DNA of 64,000 nucleotides from Pseudomonadota bacterium. Lineage in GTDB: Bacteria; Pseudomonadota; Gammaproteobacteria; Burkholderiales; JAJZQI01. Under the pieces are notes generated by a model, which was given only the letters and a program-made list of their open reading frames with translations, made no database searches and had not been told where the DNA came from. Shown here piece after piece: positions 35,699 through 47,718 of this stretch (the stretch's first letter is position 1; each line of letters begins with the position of its first letter). Where the stretch lies: NCBI GenBank assembly GCA_021851875.1, contig JAJZQI010000008.1, positions 48,359 through 112,358 on the forward strand, in the 5' to 3' direction. Made by a program: the position numbers and the translations under genes.

Positions 35699-36073
35699 AT
35701 GCCGCCCCGTCGCCCGGTTTATCTCAATCTGTTCAAAATCAAGCTGCCGTTGCCGGGGCTGGTTTCCATCATGCACCGGGTCAGCGGCTTTGCCTTGTTT
35801 CTGGTTTTGCCCTGGCTGATTTACGCCCTGCAGCAGTCGCTAGCGTCCGAACAGGGATTTGAGCAACTGATGAGCTGGTTTGCTCAACCTCTGGTCAAGC
35901 TGGGCCTGCTGGCTGTCTTATGGGGTTACCTGCATCACTTTTGCATGGGGCTGCGTTATCTGGCGCTGGATATGGATATTGGCGTGGCGCTGCCGCAGGC
36001 TCGGTTTAGTGCAAAACTGGTGCTGGCTGTAAGCCTGACTGCCACGTTTCTGATAGGTATCCGCTTATGGTAA
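35699..36073 (+). CDS. sdhC: Succinate dehydrogenase cytochrome b556 subunit
   Basis: [26 protein letters not shown], three TM segments, and first position in the sdh operon. Confidence 0.9.
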   Translation: MPPRRPVYLNLFKIKLPLPGLVSIMHRVSGFALFLVLPWLIYALQQSLASEQGFEQLMSWFAQPLVKLGLLAVLWGYLHHFCMGLRYLALDMDIGVALPQARFSAKLVLAVSLTATFLIGIRLW

Positions 36074-36417
36074 AGCGTATTGTGACGGGAGCCCATTACG
36101 GGCTGCGCGATTGGCTCATGCAGCGCATCACCGCCGCAGTGATGGTGGTTTACACCCTGCTGCTGGCCGTCTACATTTTGTTTCATCCAGTTGCGGATTA
36201 TGCGGGCTGGAAGGCCATCTTCGGTCACGAGTTTGTCCGGTTGGCCACCCTGCTTTTCCTCTTGAGTCTGTTTCTGCATGCCTGGGTGGGGATGCGCGAC
36301 ATTTTCATGGACTACGTGCATTCCACCCTGGTCCGGCTTGCATTGCATGTCGCTGTGATCCTGGCGCTGGTCATGTACGCGATCTGGTCCGCGCAAATTT
36401 TATGGAGCATTCGATGA
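36067..36417 (+). CDS. sdhD: Succinate dehydrogenase membrane anchor subunit
   Basis: Three TM segments. It overlaps the sdhC stop and the sdhA start. Confidence 0.85.
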   Translation: MVKRIVTGAHYGLRDWLMQRITAAVMVVYTLLLAVYILFHPVADYAGWKAIFGHEFVRLATLLFLLSLFLHAWVGMRDIFMDYVHSTLVRLALHVAVILALVMYAIWSAQILWSIR

Positions 36418-38177
36418 GCTTCCCCAAGCGAACATTCGACGCCGTCATCATCGGCGGCGGCGGCGCAGGGTTGCGGGCCGCCCTGCAACTGGCGGAAGCG
36501 AATCTGAAAGTGGCCGTGGTGTCGAAGGTTTTTCCGACCCGCTCCCACACCGTTTCCGCCCAGGGGGGCATAGCGGCCAGTCTGGGCAATGTGAGCGAGG
36601 ACAACTGGCACTGGCATATGTACGACACGGTCAAGGGTTCGGATTATCTGGGTGATCAGGACGCCATCGAGTTCATGTGCCGCAACGCGAATGAAGCGGT
36701 CATTGAGCTGGAGCATTACGGCATGCCGTTCGACCGGCTGGAAAACGGCAAAATTTACCAGCGGCCGTTCGGCGGCATGACGCAGAACTACGGCGGTGCG
36801 CCCGCCGTGCGTACCTGTGCTGCCGCAGACCGCACCGGCCATGCGATGCTGCATACCCTGTATCAGCGCAACATCGCCGCGCGCACGCAGTTCTTCGAGG
36901 AATATTTTGCGGTTGATCTGGTCATGGACGATCAGGGTTATGCCCAGGGCGTGGTCGCCCTCAGCATTGAAACCGGCGAGACACTGTTCATCGAGGCGCG
37001 CGCGACCATCCTGGCAACCGGTGGCGCCGGGAGGATTTTCTCGGTCACGACAAACGCCCTGATCAATACCGGCGATGGCCTGGGCATGGCGCTCAGAGCC
37101 GGTTTGCCGCTGGAAGACATGGAATTCTGGCAGTTTCATCCAACCGGCATTCACGGCGCCGGCGTGCTGGTGACGGAAGGGGTGCGCGGCGAGGGCGGTT
37201 ATCTGGTCAACAAGAACGGCGAGCGTTTCATGGAGCGTTACGCGCCCAATGCCAAGGATTTGGCCAGCCGCGACGTGGTGGCCCGCGCGATGGCGGTCGA
37301 GATTTACGAAGGGCGTGGCTGCGGCAAGGATGGCGATCATGTCCTGCTAAAACTTGATCATCTGGGCGCGGATGTAATTCAGCAACGCCTGCCGGGCATA
37401 CGTGAATTGTCCCTCAAATTCGCCCATGTCGACCCGTCCACGGCACCCATCCCTGTTGTTCCGACCGTGCATTACATGATGGGTGGCATCCCGACCAATT
37501 TGCGCGGCCAGGTCGTCACCCCGACGGCCACGGGGCCGGAGGAAGCCGTGCCCGGTCTTTATGCGATCGGCGAGTGCGCCTGCGTGTCGGTGCACGGGGC
37601 CAACCGGCTGGGCAGCAATTCCCTGCTCGACCTGATTGTGTTCGGCCGTGCGGCGGGCAACGATGTGATCGAATATTGCCGTGAAAACCCGTTTCCGCGC
37701 CCGGTGCAAGAGCCCTCGCTGGACAAAATCGCGGCACGCCTGGCACGCTGGGACAGGGCCGGCGACGGCATTACCGTTCCCGAGCTGCGTGAAGAAATGA
37801 GCAAAACCATGCAGTTGCATTGCGGCGTGTTCCGCCAGGAAGAGATGTTGCAGGAAGGCGTGAAAAAGATGCAGCAAATCGCCGCCAAGTTGCCCGATGT
37901 GGTGCTGCGCGATCACAGCAAGGTCTACAATACCGGTCGGATCGAAGCCCTCGAGCTGGAAAACCTGATGGGCGTGGCGTTGGCCACCATGACTTCCGCC
38001 GCCGCCAGGCAGGAGAGCCGCGGAGCGCATGCTCGCGACGATTTTACCGCGCGGGACGACAAGAGCTGGATGAAACACACCCTGTATTTTGCCGAAAATC
38101 ACCGGCTGGATTACAAACCGGTCCGTCTAAAACCGTTGACAGTCGAGGCATTCCAGCCCAAGGCGAGAACCTACTAG
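36414..38177 (+). CDS. sdhA: Succinate dehydrogenase flavoprotein subunit
   Basis: [15 protein letters not shown] and the covalent-FAD motif [15 protein letters not shown] overlap with sdhD. The track ORF from 36111 is an over-extension. Confidence 0.95.
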   Translation: MSFPKRTFDAVIIGGGGAGLRAALQLAEANLKVAVVSKVFPTRSHTVSAQGGIAASLGNVSEDNWHWHMYDTVKGSDYLGDQDAIEFMCRNANEAVIELEHYGMPFDRLENGKIYQRPFGGMTQNYGGAPAVRTCAAADRTGHAMLHTLYQRNIAARTQFFEEYFAVDLVMDDQGYAQGVVALSIETGETLFIEARATILATGGAGRIFSVTTNALINTGDGLGMALRAGLPLEDMEFWQFHPTGIHGAGVLVTEGVRGEGGYLVNKNGERFMERYAPNAKDLASRDVVARAMAVEIYEGRGCGKDGDHVLLKLDHLGADVIQQRLPGIRELSLKFAHVDPSTAPIPVVPTVHYMMGGIPTNLRGQVVTPTATGPEEAVPGLYAIGECACVSVHGANRLGSNSLLDLIVFGRAAGNDVIEYCRENPFPRPVQEPSLDKIAARLARWDRAGDGITVPELREEMSKTMQLHCGVFRQEEMLQEGVKKMQQIAAKLPDVVLRDHSKVYNTGRIEALELENLMGVALATMTSAAARQESRGAHARDDFTARDDKSWMKHTLYFAENHRLDYKPVRLKPLTVEAFQPKARTY

Positions 38178-38186
38178 GAATTGACC

Positions 38187-38882
38187 ATGCGTTTCTCGAT
38201 TTACCGCTTTAATCCCGAAACCGACGCCAAACCGTATATGCAGGATTACGAGCTGGATCTCGAAGCCGAGGGCAAAATGCTGCTGGATGCGATCCTGCTG
38301 ATCAAGGAGCAGGATGAGACACTGACGGTGAGGCGTTCCTGCCGCGAAGGGGTGTGCGGTTCCGACGGGATGAACATCAACGGGCGCAATGGCTTGGCCT
38401 GCGTCACTCCGTTACAGGACCTCAAGCAGCCGATCGAATTGAGGCCCTTGCCGGGGTTACCTGTAATACGGGATCTGGTGGTTGATATGACTCAGTTCTA
38501 CAAGCAGTATCGCTCTATCAAGCCCTACGTGGTCAACAATGATCCCGAGCCGGAAATCGAGCGTCTGCAGTCGCCGGAGGAACGGGCCGAGCTCGACGGC
38601 CTGTACGAATGCATTCTGTGCGCCTGTTGCTCCACCTCGTGCCCGTCGTTCTGGTGGAATCCGGACAAATTCGTCGGCCCCGCCGGTTTGCTGCAGGCCT
38701 ACCGTTTCATTGCCGACAGTCGCGATCAGGCAAGCAATGAACGGCTGGACGACCTGGAGGATCCCTACCGGCTGTTCCGCTGCCACAGCATCATGAGCTG
38801 CGCCGAGGTCTGCCCCAAGGGCCTGAGTCCGACACGCGCAATCGGCAAGATCAAGGAGATCCTGGTTAAAAGGACCGTCTGA
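38187..38882 (+). CDS. sdhB: Succinate dehydrogenase iron-sulfur subunit
   Basis: Three Cys clusters: CREGVCGSDGMNINGRNGLAC, CILCACCSTSCPSFWW and CHSIMSCAEVCPKG. Confidence 0.95.
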   Translation: MRFSIYRFNPETDAKPYMQDYELDLEAEGKMLLDAILLIKEQDETLTVRRSCREGVCGSDGMNINGRNGLACVTPLQDLKQPIELRPLPGLPVIRDLVVDMTQFYKQYRSIKPYVVNNDPEPEIERLQSPEERAELDGLYECILCACCSTSCPSFWWNPDKFVGPAGLLQAYRFIADSRDQASNERLDDLEDPYRLFRCHSIMSCAEVCPKGLSPTRAIGKIKEILVKRTV

Positions 38883-38884
38883 CT

Positions 38885-39136
38885 GTGCAAGCGGAAAAGA
38901 ACGTGTCGCAGCCCGATCTGAATCGTTTGCGCTGGAAGTGTAGGCGGGGCATGCTCGAACTCGATCTGCTGTTGGCCCAATTTCTTGACTCAGGCATTGA
39001 TCAGCTTACCGATGGACAGTTGCACGCATTCAGTCAGCTGCTCGACCTGGAAGACCAGGAGCTTTGGCAGAAGTTGCGCCGCGCGGGTGGTGAGAGCATG
39101 TCTGTACTGGCCGTGCTGATGCTGGCAAGTCGGTAA
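38885..39136 (+). CDS. sdhE: FAD assembly factor SdhE (DUF339)
   Basis: RLRWKCRRGMLELDLLL (RGxxE motif). It lies directly after sdhB. The GTG start is uncertain. Confidence 0.8.
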   Translation: MQAEKNVSQPDLNRLRWKCRRGMLELDLLLAQFLDSGIDQLTDGQLHAFSQLLDLEDQELWQKLRRAGGESMSVLAVLMLASR

Positions 39137-39151
39137 CAAGGACATACGGGC

Positions 39152-40336
39152 ATGCCGGGGTTGCCGCACTCAAGCAATGTAAAATCTTCCTTACCCTGTC
39201 TGGCAGCCAGGGCCAAGAAGTGTGGCATTACCCTGAGCGAATCCCAATTGACTGCGGCAGGCGAGCTGCGCAGGCTGCAGGAGCTGTTGCAGCAGCCAAC
39301 TTTCACCAGCCATTTCCGCTTCATGCGCCGTCTATGGCGCTCCCAGCCCGTCCGTGGCGTGTACCTGTGGGGCGGAGTGGGGCGTGGCAAAAGTTTTCTG
39401 ATGGACAGCTTTTTTGCCTGCGTCGAATCACCACACAAAAAACGCGCCCATTTTCACCGCTTCATGCAGGAAATTCATGGCCGGCTGGAGCGGTTGAAGG
39501 GAAAACCCAACCCCCTGCGACTCATTGCGCGTGAAATCGCCGACCACGTTCGTCTGCTTTGTCTGGACGAATTTCATATTACCGATATTGCCGATGCCAT
39601 GTTGATGAAAGGGTTGCTGCAGGGCCTGCTGGACGAGGGAGTAGCCATTGTGGTGACCTCGAACGCGCACCCTGCTTCGCTCTATCGCAATGGCTTGCAG
39701 CGCAGTCAGTTTCTGCCGACCATCGATTTGCTGGAAAAAAATATGGCAATCATCCATTTCGATGGGGATGAGGACTACAGAATGCGCAACATTGCCCGGG
39801 CAGGCGTTTACCACAGTCCAGTCGATGAAGCATCTGAAGGCGTTCTGGCCGAGCTTTTTAATGATCTTGCCAGAGGCGAAGTGAAAGAAAGCGGGACACT
39901 TGTTGTGGCAGGGCGCCCGATCCCTGTGCGAGGCCATGCCGACGGTCTGGTCTGGTTCAATTTCAAGGAATTGTGCGGTGGACCCCGTAATCAGGCGGAT
40001 TACATTGAGCTGGCCAAACGTTTCCATACCATTTTGTTGTCCGGCATTCCGCAATTTGACGCTGGGCTGGAAACCGAGGCGCGCCGGTTTTTGTGGCTTG
40101 TCGATGTGCTGTATGACCACCGGGTACGGCTGGTTCTGACGGCTGCCGCGCCTTTGGCAAGCCTTGCGCCTGCCGGGCTGTTGCACGGTGAATTTGAGCG
40201 AATCTTGAGCCGGCTGACGGAAATGCAGACGCATGCTTATCTGGCGCAGCCGCATCTGCCTGAACTACCGGCAGAAAAAACCCCCGGTCAAAGGGGAGAG
40301 AAACCGGGGGTTAAAAAAAGCCCTAATAAGGATTAA
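39152..40336 (+). CDS. zapE: AFG1/ZapE-family ATPase
   Basis: Walker A GGVGRGKSFLMD and Walker B LLCLDEFHITD. Confidence 0.85.
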   Translation: MPGLPHSSNVKSSLPCLAARAKKCGITLSESQLTAAGELRRLQELLQQPTFTSHFRFMRRLWRSQPVRGVYLWGGVGRGKSFLMDSFFACVESPHKKRAHFHRFMQEIHGRLERLKGKPNPLRLIAREIADHVRLLCLDEFHITDIADAMLMKGLLQGLLDEGVAIVVTSNAHPASLYRNGLQRSQFLPTIDLLEKNMAIIHFDGDEDYRMRNIARAGVYHSPVDEASEGVLAELFNDLARGEVKESGTLVVAGRPIPVRGHADGLVWFNFKELCGGPRNQADYIELAKRFHTILLSGIPQFDAGLETEARRFLWLVDVLYDHRVRLVLTAAAPLASLAPAGLLHGEFERILSRLTEMQTHAYLAQPHLPELPAEKTPGQRGEKPGVKKSPNKD

Positions 40337-40410
40337 GGCGCCCGCTCAGGGAGGAGAAGCGGGAGGCAGTCTCGCAACCACCTACTCTTAAGATAGCAAA
40401 TTAAATTTGA

Positions 40411-41475
<1,065 letters not shown>

Positions 41476-41481
41476 TGCTGT

Positions 41482-42255
41482 TCAGTGCCCGTGCTCTACC
41501 AACAGAGCCCGCCTTTCCCGCTCCAGTTTATTGATGTAGCGCTGGATCATGGCCTGGCTGTTGGCCGGCAGATCGATGAACTGGAAGCCGTAGCGCTTGG
41601 TGCGTGCGCCATTGCGCAATACCAGGTCAAACATGTTGCGCAGCTCCATGTCGCTGATAATGGGGCCGATTTCAGGCAGCACGAGCCGGCAGTTGTGAAA
41701 GATCAGTCCGGTGGAGAACTCCACTTCCGCCGGTAAGTTGGTCAGCCCTGCCCCGCCCACGCTGATATCCAGCAAAGTACCTTGCAAATGCCCCAGTTGC
41801 GGATGGTTGAGGGTGATGGCCAAGGGTTTGCCGCGCGGCGTCTCCACTCGGTAATAATCCCTGCGTTGCAGTTTCAGCAAGGTTTGCGGCATGGCGATGC
41901 GCAGGGCGTGCCCCTGCTGATACGGAACCTTTTGCGCGGCGTTGGCAGCAAACTGGATGCGTATCCTGTCTTGCCGCGTGGCAAAAATGATGTGATGACT
42001 GGCGCAGATCGCCTGATTGACCGCTTCGTTTGCATTGGTGTCGAGGTAAACCGCGCCCGCCGCATTGTCTACCCCAATGATGGACGTAAGCAGCATGTCC
42101 TTCCCGCCATTGAAGTGGGCCGTCAGCAGGCACTTCTTGGTCATCAGGCTGCGCAGAAGATAGACGATCTCGGTCGGCGAATGCAGCAGAAACTTGCTGT
42201 AATCCTCGATGTTGACCGCGTCAGTTCTGTGTTCTGTTGCGTGATCAATTGGCAT
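41482..42255 (-). CDS. YcgR-like c-di-GMP receptor (PilZN plus PilZ domains)
   Basis: PilZ motifs RRDYYR (RxxxR) and DISVGGAG (DxSxxG). Confidence 0.8.
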   Translation of the reverse strand: MPIDHATEHRTDAVNIEDYSKFLLHSPTEIVYLLRSLMTKKCLLTAHFNGGKDMLLTSIIGVDNAAGAVYLDTNANEAVNQAICASHHIIFATRQDRIRIQFAANAAQKVPYQQGHALRIAMPQTLLKLQRRDYYRVETPRGKPLAITLNHPQLGHLQGTLLDISVGGAGLTNLPAEVEFSTGLIFHNCRLVLPEIGPIISDMELRNMFDLVLRNGARTKRYGFQFIDLPANSQAMIQRYINKLERERRALLVEHGH

Positions 42256-42303
42256 GTGGGATCAGTGCGGGTTGGGTCGGCACATTCTCGCCCAAAGTGC
42301 CGC

Positions 42304-42915
42304 TCAAGCCAAGTCGTTCAGCAACAGCTCGAGCTGCCTGAGGGTTGCGCGTTCCATGATGCCTCCGTCGACCGGGCTGCGTAACGCCAGGCGCTGCTGC
42401 TGTGGGGTGAATAGGGCACATTCGACTGGAATGTTTTCGCACTGCAGGGTCAGGGTGGGAATGGTCAAGGTGCGTTCGCCGCTGCGGAAACGTTTCTCGC
42501 CGTGCTCAAAAGTCATGTTCTTGTTGAGCAGGTCAAGCTCCACCGCTTTGCTGTCTTCGGCAAAAAGATGCAGGTTGATGTTGGCGTAGGGACCGGCTGT
42601 TCCGCTCAGTACTGAGCCGGTTAACAGGGGAGAATACTTCTCCAGCCGGCGCATCGCGTCAGCTGCAATTCTGCGCAGCTCGGCGACATGTTCTTGTTGC
42701 TGTTCGCCCAGATACAGCTGCTGATAGCTGCGCAAAGCCGCTTCGATCTGTTCGTTGGTCGGCAGGCAGTGCGTGTCGGTCGCCCCCAACTGGCGTGCCG
42801 CCTTGCGCTTGGCCGTGGCGAAATCGCTGGCGCCCTCCGCCATGAAGCGCGCCGCAGTCTGCGCGATCAACTCGCGCATTTGCTGTTGGTGACGTGGGCC
42901 GCTATTGCGAGACAT
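42304..42915 (-). CDS. Conserved hypothetical protein (possible degenerate Pol-beta-type nucleotidyltransferase fold)
   Basis: ATG 42913-42915 lies downstream of the mrcA stop. LLTGSVLSGTAGPYANINLHLF resembles a GS...DxD NTase motif, but the acidic residues are replaced. Confidence 0.5.
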   Translation of the reverse strand: MSRNSGPRHQQQMRELIAQTAARFMAEGASDFATAKRKAARQLGATDTHCLPTNEQIEAALRSYQQLYLGEQQQEHVAELRRIAADAMRRLEKYSPLLTGSVLSGTAGPYANINLHLFAEDSKAVELDLLNKNMTFEHGEKRFRSGERTLTIPTLTLQCENIPVECALFTPQQQRLALRSPVDGGIMERATLRQLELLLNDLA

Positions 42916-42931
42916 GTTGAATTTCGTGAGG

Positions 42932-45250
42932 TCAGAAAATCTGGTCCTGCACCGTTTCCTCGGTCGCCGGAGCGCTGGCGGCCTGCCCGGTTTCCGGCGG
43001 CTGCGCTTCCTGATAGAAATATTCCGGCACAGCGTCGCCGCCACTGCTGCGTGTGCCGGTGGTCGGGTCTATATTGACCGTTACAACACCGTCCGGCAGG
43101 GGCAATTGGCTTGGCGGCGAATTTTTGATGGTCTTGTCCATGTAGTCGATCCAGATCGGCAAGGCGGCATGACCGCCGGTTTCGCTGCCGCCGAGAGAAC
43201 GCGGCTGGTCATAGCCCATCCAGGCTATACCCACTACTTTGCGCGGCTGGAAGCCGCAGAACCAGGCGTCGAATTGGTCGTTGGTGGTACCGGTCTTGCC
43301 GGCAATGTCGTCGCGCCCGAGCGACAATGCTTTCATGGCTGTGCCGTGCCGGATCACGTCCTGCATCATGCTGGTCATGATGTAGGCATTGCGCGGGTCG
43401 ATGATTTGTTTCGCTCCGGCGCCCGCCGTCTGCGGTTTCGCGGCGGCAATGATATGGCCTCGCGCATCGGTAATCCGGTCAATGAAGAACGGGTACACGC
43501 GGTAGCCGCCATTGGCAAAGGTCGAGTAGGCCGCCGCCATCTGGTACGGCGTAACGGAGCCTGCGCCCAGCGCCATCGTCAGGTAGGGCGGCTGACGGGC
43601 CGGATCGAAGCCGAAGCGGGCCGCATATTCCTGGGCGTAAGCCGGTGTAATGGCCTGCAGAATGCGGATGGAAACCAGGTTCTTCGATTTGGTCAGCGCC
43701 TTGCGCATACGGATCGGGCCGTCGAATTTGCCGTCAAAGTTTTTCGGTTCCCACTGCTTGTTGCCGGTTTCCGCCGGGTCGATCACCAGCGGCGCATCGT
43801 TGATGATGCTGGCGGCGGTAAAGCCTTTGTCCAGCGCCGCGGAATAGATGAAAGGCTTGAAGCTCGAGCCGGGCTGGCGCCAGGCCTGGGTTACGTGATT
43901 GTACTTGTTGCGGTTGAAATCGAAGCCGCCTACCAGCGAGTAGATGGCGCCGTTCATCGGATTGACGGACAGGAACGCGGCTTCCACTTCCGGCAATTGC
44001 AGAACCTGCCATTCATGTTTGCTGTTTTGGGCCAGCCGGATCAGGCTGCCGCGGCGGATACGCCGGTCTTCGGCCGTTTTGTTGTCGAGGAAGCGCTGAA
44101 TGTATTTGATGCTGTCGGCCGGCAGGCTGATCTGTTTGTCCTGTCCGATGTAAGCGGTGACCTGCCTGGGGCCGGCGGATGTCACAACGGCCGGAAGCAG
44201 ATGCCCCAGCTCCGGCAGGTTATCCAGCGCTTCGTCCATCTTGTCGCGCGCCAGGCCGGCGTCGTCCGGCAGTTGCAGGAAACCTTCCGGGCCGCGATAA
44301 GCATGGCGTCGCTCGAAATCCAGTATGCCCTTGTCAACCGCTGCGACAGCGGCATTCTGGTCCTTGCTGCGCAAGGTGGTGTAGACCCGGAAGCCGCTGG
44401 TATAGGCGGCATCCTGATAACGGTCATACATATATTGGCGTACCATTTCCGCCACATAGTCGGCGTTCACGTCATAATGAGTTGCGCTGTGCATGACCTT
44501 AAGCGGTTCCTGCAAGGCGGCCTGATACTGCTCGGGCGTAATGGCGCGGACTTCCAGCATGCGGCGCAGTACATAGTGTTGGCGTAACTGCGCCCGCTTC
44601 GGGTTGGCGACCGGATTGTAGCGGGATGGCGCTTTGGGTAGACCGGCCAGCATGGCCGCCTCGGCAACGCTGATGTTCTGCAGCGGTTTGCCGAAGTAGG
44701 TTTGAGCGGCGGCGGCGAAGCCGTAGGCGCGTTCGCCGAGATAAATTTGGTTGATATACAGCTCAAGAATCTGGTCTTTGGTGAGATTCTTTTCTATTTT
44801 GAGAGAGAGCAGCATCTCCGAGACCTTGCGGGTCATGGTTTTTTCGCGCGACAGGAAGAAGTTGCGCGCGACCTGCATGGTAATGGTGGAAGCGCCTTCC
44901 TTTGCGCCGCCGCTGCTCAGATTGGCCAGTGCCGCGCGCAAAATGCCCATGTAGTCGACGCCGCCGTGCTGGTAGAAGCGTTCGTCCTCGGCAGCCAGAA
45001 TGGCTTGCTTCATGACGTCGGGGACATCCTGGATTTTTGTCAGGGCGCGGCGCTCTTCACCGAATTCGCCAAGCAGCTTGCCGTCGGCGGTGAAAATCCG
45101 CAGGGGAATCTTGGGGCGGTAGTCCGTCAGGCTGTCCAGCGACGGCAGTTGCGGGTAGATCATGATGGCCGTCAGGGCCGCAATGGCGGCAACAAGTCCG
45201 GCTGCACTGATTGCCGCGGCGAGAAGGTAATGCCACCAACGCTTGAACAT
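42932..45250 (-). CDS. mrcA: Penicillin-binding protein 1A (bifunctional glycosyltransferase/transpeptidase)
   Basis: GT51 motif EDERFYQHGGVD. Transpeptidase motifs SSFKPF (SxxK) and KTGTTND. Confidence 0.95.
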   Translation of the reverse strand: MFKRWWHYLLAAAISAAGLVAAIAALTAIMIYPQLPSLDSLTDYRPKIPLRIFTADGKLLGEFGEERRALTKIQDVPDVMKQAILAAEDERFYQHGGVDYMGILRAALANLSSGGAKEGASTITMQVARNFFLSREKTMTRKVSEMLLSLKIEKNLTKDQILELYINQIYLGERAYGFAAAAQTYFGKPLQNISVAEAAMLAGLPKAPSRYNPVANPKRAQLRQHYVLRRMLEVRAITPEQYQAALQEPLKVMHSATHYDVNADYVAEMVRQYMYDRYQDAAYTSGFRVYTTLRSKDQNAAVAAVDKGILDFERRHAYRGPEGFLQLPDDAGLARDKMDEALDNLPELGHLLPAVVTSAGPRQVTAYIGQDKQISLPADSIKYIQRFLDNKTAEDRRIRRGSLIRLAQNSKHEWQVLQLPEVEAAFLSVNPMNGAIYSLVGGFDFNRNKYNHVTQAWRQPGSSFKPFIYSAALDKGFTAASIINDAPLVIDPAETGNKQWEPKNFDGKFDGPIRMRKALTKSKNLVSIRILQAITPAYAQEYAARFGFDPARQPPYLTMALGAGSVTPYQMAAAYSTFANGGYRVYPFFIDRITDARGHIIAAAKPQTAGAGAKQIIDPRNAYIMTSMMQDVIRHGTAMKALSLGRDDIAGKTGTTNDQFDAWFCGFQPRKVVGIAWMGYDQPRSLGGSETGGHAALPIWIDYMDKTIKNSPPSQLPLPDGVVTVNIDPTTGTRSSGGDAVPEYFYQEAQPPETGQAASAPATEETVQDQIF

Positions 45251-45434
45251 GGAATTATCTGTATCTGGACACTAAAGTTTCGGCCATTATAGGCGTAATT
45301 GAATCGAAACAGAATGCAGATACACTTGCAAAATCAAAAAAATCTTTACTTGCTAAATGCTTGTTGCTAGCATTTAATGTAAATTATACTTAAATGAGCC
45401 TGGCACCATCGGCCTAAAGGAAGGGGAACAATCC

Positions 45435-46508
45435 TTGCAGTTCGATTTCTTGTCGCCCAAATTGCCGCCCCTGATCGGGGTGGATATCAGCGCATCCTCG
45501 GTAAAACTGGTCGAGTTGAGCGAGGCCGGTAAGAACCAGTACAGGGTCGAGCGTTATGTTATTGAGCCGCTTCCCAAGGACATGGTGACCGATGGAAACA
45601 TTACCAACGTCGAGGCTGTGGCCGAGGTGGTCGAGGCCGGCTGGAAGAAACTCGGCACACGCATCAAGCAGATCGCTCTTGCTTTGCCGCATGCGGCCGT
45701 GATTCAGAAAAAGATCATTTTGCCTGCCGGCTTGACCGAGCTGGACATGGAACAGCAGGTTGAGGCGGAAGCCAACCAGTACATTCCTTTCTCGCTGGAC
45801 GAGGTAAATCTGGATTTCCAGGTGCTCGGACCCTCGCCCAATTCGACGGAAGACGTCGAGGTGCTGTTGGCGGCATCGCGTAAAGAGAAGGTCGAAGAGC
45901 GCGTGGCGGTGGTCGAGGCGGCAGGTTTGAAGCCGCAGGTCATGGATGTCGAATCGAACGCCACCCAGACGGCCTTTGAACTCATTGCGCACCAACTGCC
46001 CAATAATGCCCGCGACCAGGCTGTGGCGATCGTCGACATCGGTGCCAATGCCATGCGCATCAACGTGTTCCTCAACAATCAATCGATCTATTTCCGCGAA
46101 CAGAATTTCGGCGGCAATCAGCTGACCCAGGATATCCAGCGCCGCTTCAATCTGTCGGCGGAAGAGGCTGAAGCCGGCAAGCGTAACGGCGGGTTGCCGG
46201 AGGCCTACGAAAGTGAAGTGCTGCAACCGTTCATGGATGCGCTGGGCCAGGAAGTTTCACGGGCTTTGCAATTCTTCTTTTCCTCCACACAGTTCAGTCG
46301 CGTCGACCATATTCTGTTGGCCGGGGGCTGTGCCATGATTCCCGGGCTGGACGAGACCGTCTCCAACCGTACTCAGGTCAGTACCATGATCGCCAATCCG
46401 TTTGTAAGCATGGCGCTTTCGTCCAAAGTGAAGGCGCGTCAACTGGCGATGGATGCGCCGGCTCTGTTGGTCGCCTGTGGACTTGCCATGCGGAGGTTTG
46501 ACGAATGA
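45435..46508 (+). CDS. pilM: Type IV pilus assembly protein PilM
   Basis: Actin-like ATPase fold N-terminus LIGVDISASSVKLVEL. It is first in the pilMNOPQ cluster. The TTG start is uncertain. Confidence 0.9.
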   Translation: MQFDFLSPKLPPLIGVDISASSVKLVELSEAGKNQYRVERYVIEPLPKDMVTDGNITNVEAVAEVVEAGWKKLGTRIKQIALALPHAAVIQKKIILPAGLTELDMEQQVEAEANQYIPFSLDEVNLDFQVLGPSPNSTEDVEVLLAASRKEKVEERVAVVEAAGLKPQVMDVESNATQTAFELIAHQLPNNARDQAVAIVDIGANAMRINVFLNNQSIYFREQNFGGNQLTQDIQRRFNLSAEEAEAGKRNGGLPEAYESEVLQPFMDALGQEVSRALQFFFSSTQFSRVDHILLAGGCAMIPGLDETVSNRTQVSTMIANPFVSMALSSKVKARQLAMDAPALLVACGLAMRRFDE

Positions 46509-47092
46509 TACGCATCAACCTTTTACCGCACCGCGAGCTCAAGCGCGCCGCGCGCCAGCGAGTGTTCAATATTCTGGCGGGCGCCGTGTTTGCCGCTGCC
46601 GTGGTGATTGTGCTGATCGTGCATGTGTTCATTCAGAGCAAAATCGATCTGCAGAACGACCGCAACAATTACCTGAATGACGAAATCGCCAAGCTGGATA
46701 AGCAGATCCAGGAAATCAACAAGCTCAAAGAACAGAAAGCCGTCATGCTGGCGCGCAAGCAGGTGGTGGAACAGCTTGAAAGCAATCGTTCCGAAGTGGT
46801 GCGCCTGTTTGACCAGATGGTTCGGCAGTTGCCCGATGGCATGTACCTGAGCGGGATTGAGCAGCATGGCGCAAAAATCACCCTGAAAGGGTATGCGCAA
46901 TCGAGTGCGCGCGTATCCACATTGATGCGCAATCTGGATGCGTCTCCCTGGCTGGAGAATGCATCCCTGATCGAGATCAAGGCGGCCAACGTGAATAACA
47001 CTCGGCTCAATGAATTTGCAATGACAGTCGACATGAAGCGTCCGCAGTTGACGCAGGATGACGGCAAACAGTCGAAAGGTGCCAAGTCATGA
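46505..47092 (+). CDS. pilN: Type IV pilus assembly protein PilN
   Basis: MIRINLLPHRE plus a single TM segment. It overlaps the pilM stop. Confidence 0.9.
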   Translation: MIRINLLPHRELKRAARQRVFNILAGAVFAAAVVIVLIVHVFIQSKIDLQNDRNNYLNDEIAKLDKQIQEINKLKEQKAVMLARKQVVEQLESNRSEVVRLFDQMVRQLPDGMYLSGIEQHGAKITLKGYAQSSARVSTLMRNLDASPWLENASLIEIKAANVNNTRLNEFAMTVDMKRPQLTQDDGKQSKGAKS

Positions 47093-47718
47093 CACTAGAC
47101 GATATCAATAAGCTCGATTTTAAAAATATCGGTAGTTGGCCCCTGATTGCCCGAGCTGTTCTGCTTGCCGTTGTTTTCGTGGTGGTGTTGGCGGCCGCGT
47201 ACTGGTTTGACTGGAGCGATCAGATCGATACCTTGCAGACTGCAAGGCAGCAGGAGGCGCAGGAAAAAGAAACCTTCCTCAATAAAAAGCGGCAGGCCAT
47301 CAATCTCGATACCTACAAGCAGCAGCTCAAGGAAATTGAGCAGTCGTTCGGCGCCTTGCTGAAGCAGCTGCCCAATAAATCCGAAATGGATGCGCTGATC
47401 ACGGATATCAACCAGGCTGGTCTTGGGCGTGGACTGGAGTTCGATCTGTTCAAGCCGGCTGATCATGAGAATATGAGCGAATTTTACGCCGAGTTGCCGA
47501 TTTCCATTAAAGTCAGCGGCGCTTACCATGATCTGGCTGCGTTTGCCAGCGATGTGTCGCAATTGTCCCGTATCGTGACGCTGAACGATATCAGGCTTAC
47601 GCCCAACAAGGATGGCAACTTGACCATGGATGCAACGGCCAAGACCTATCGCTATCTGGACGAAGACGAGATCGCTTCGCAGAAGAAAAGCGAAAAAGAC
47701 AGGAAAGGAGGCAATTAA
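47089..47718 (+). CDS. pilO: Type IV pilus assembly protein PilO
   Basis: Single TM segment plus coiled coil. The position and overlap in the operon fit. Confidence 0.85.
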   Translation: MTLDDINKLDFKNIGSWPLIARAVLLAVVFVVVLAAAYWFDWSDQIDTLQTARQQEAQEKETFLNKKRQAINLDTYKQQLKEIEQSFGALLKQLPNKSEMDALITDINQAGLGRGLEFDLFKPADHENMSEFYAELPISIKVSGAYHDLAAFASDVSQLSRIVTLNDIRLTPNKDGNLTMDATAKTYRYLDEDEIASQKKSEKDRKGGN

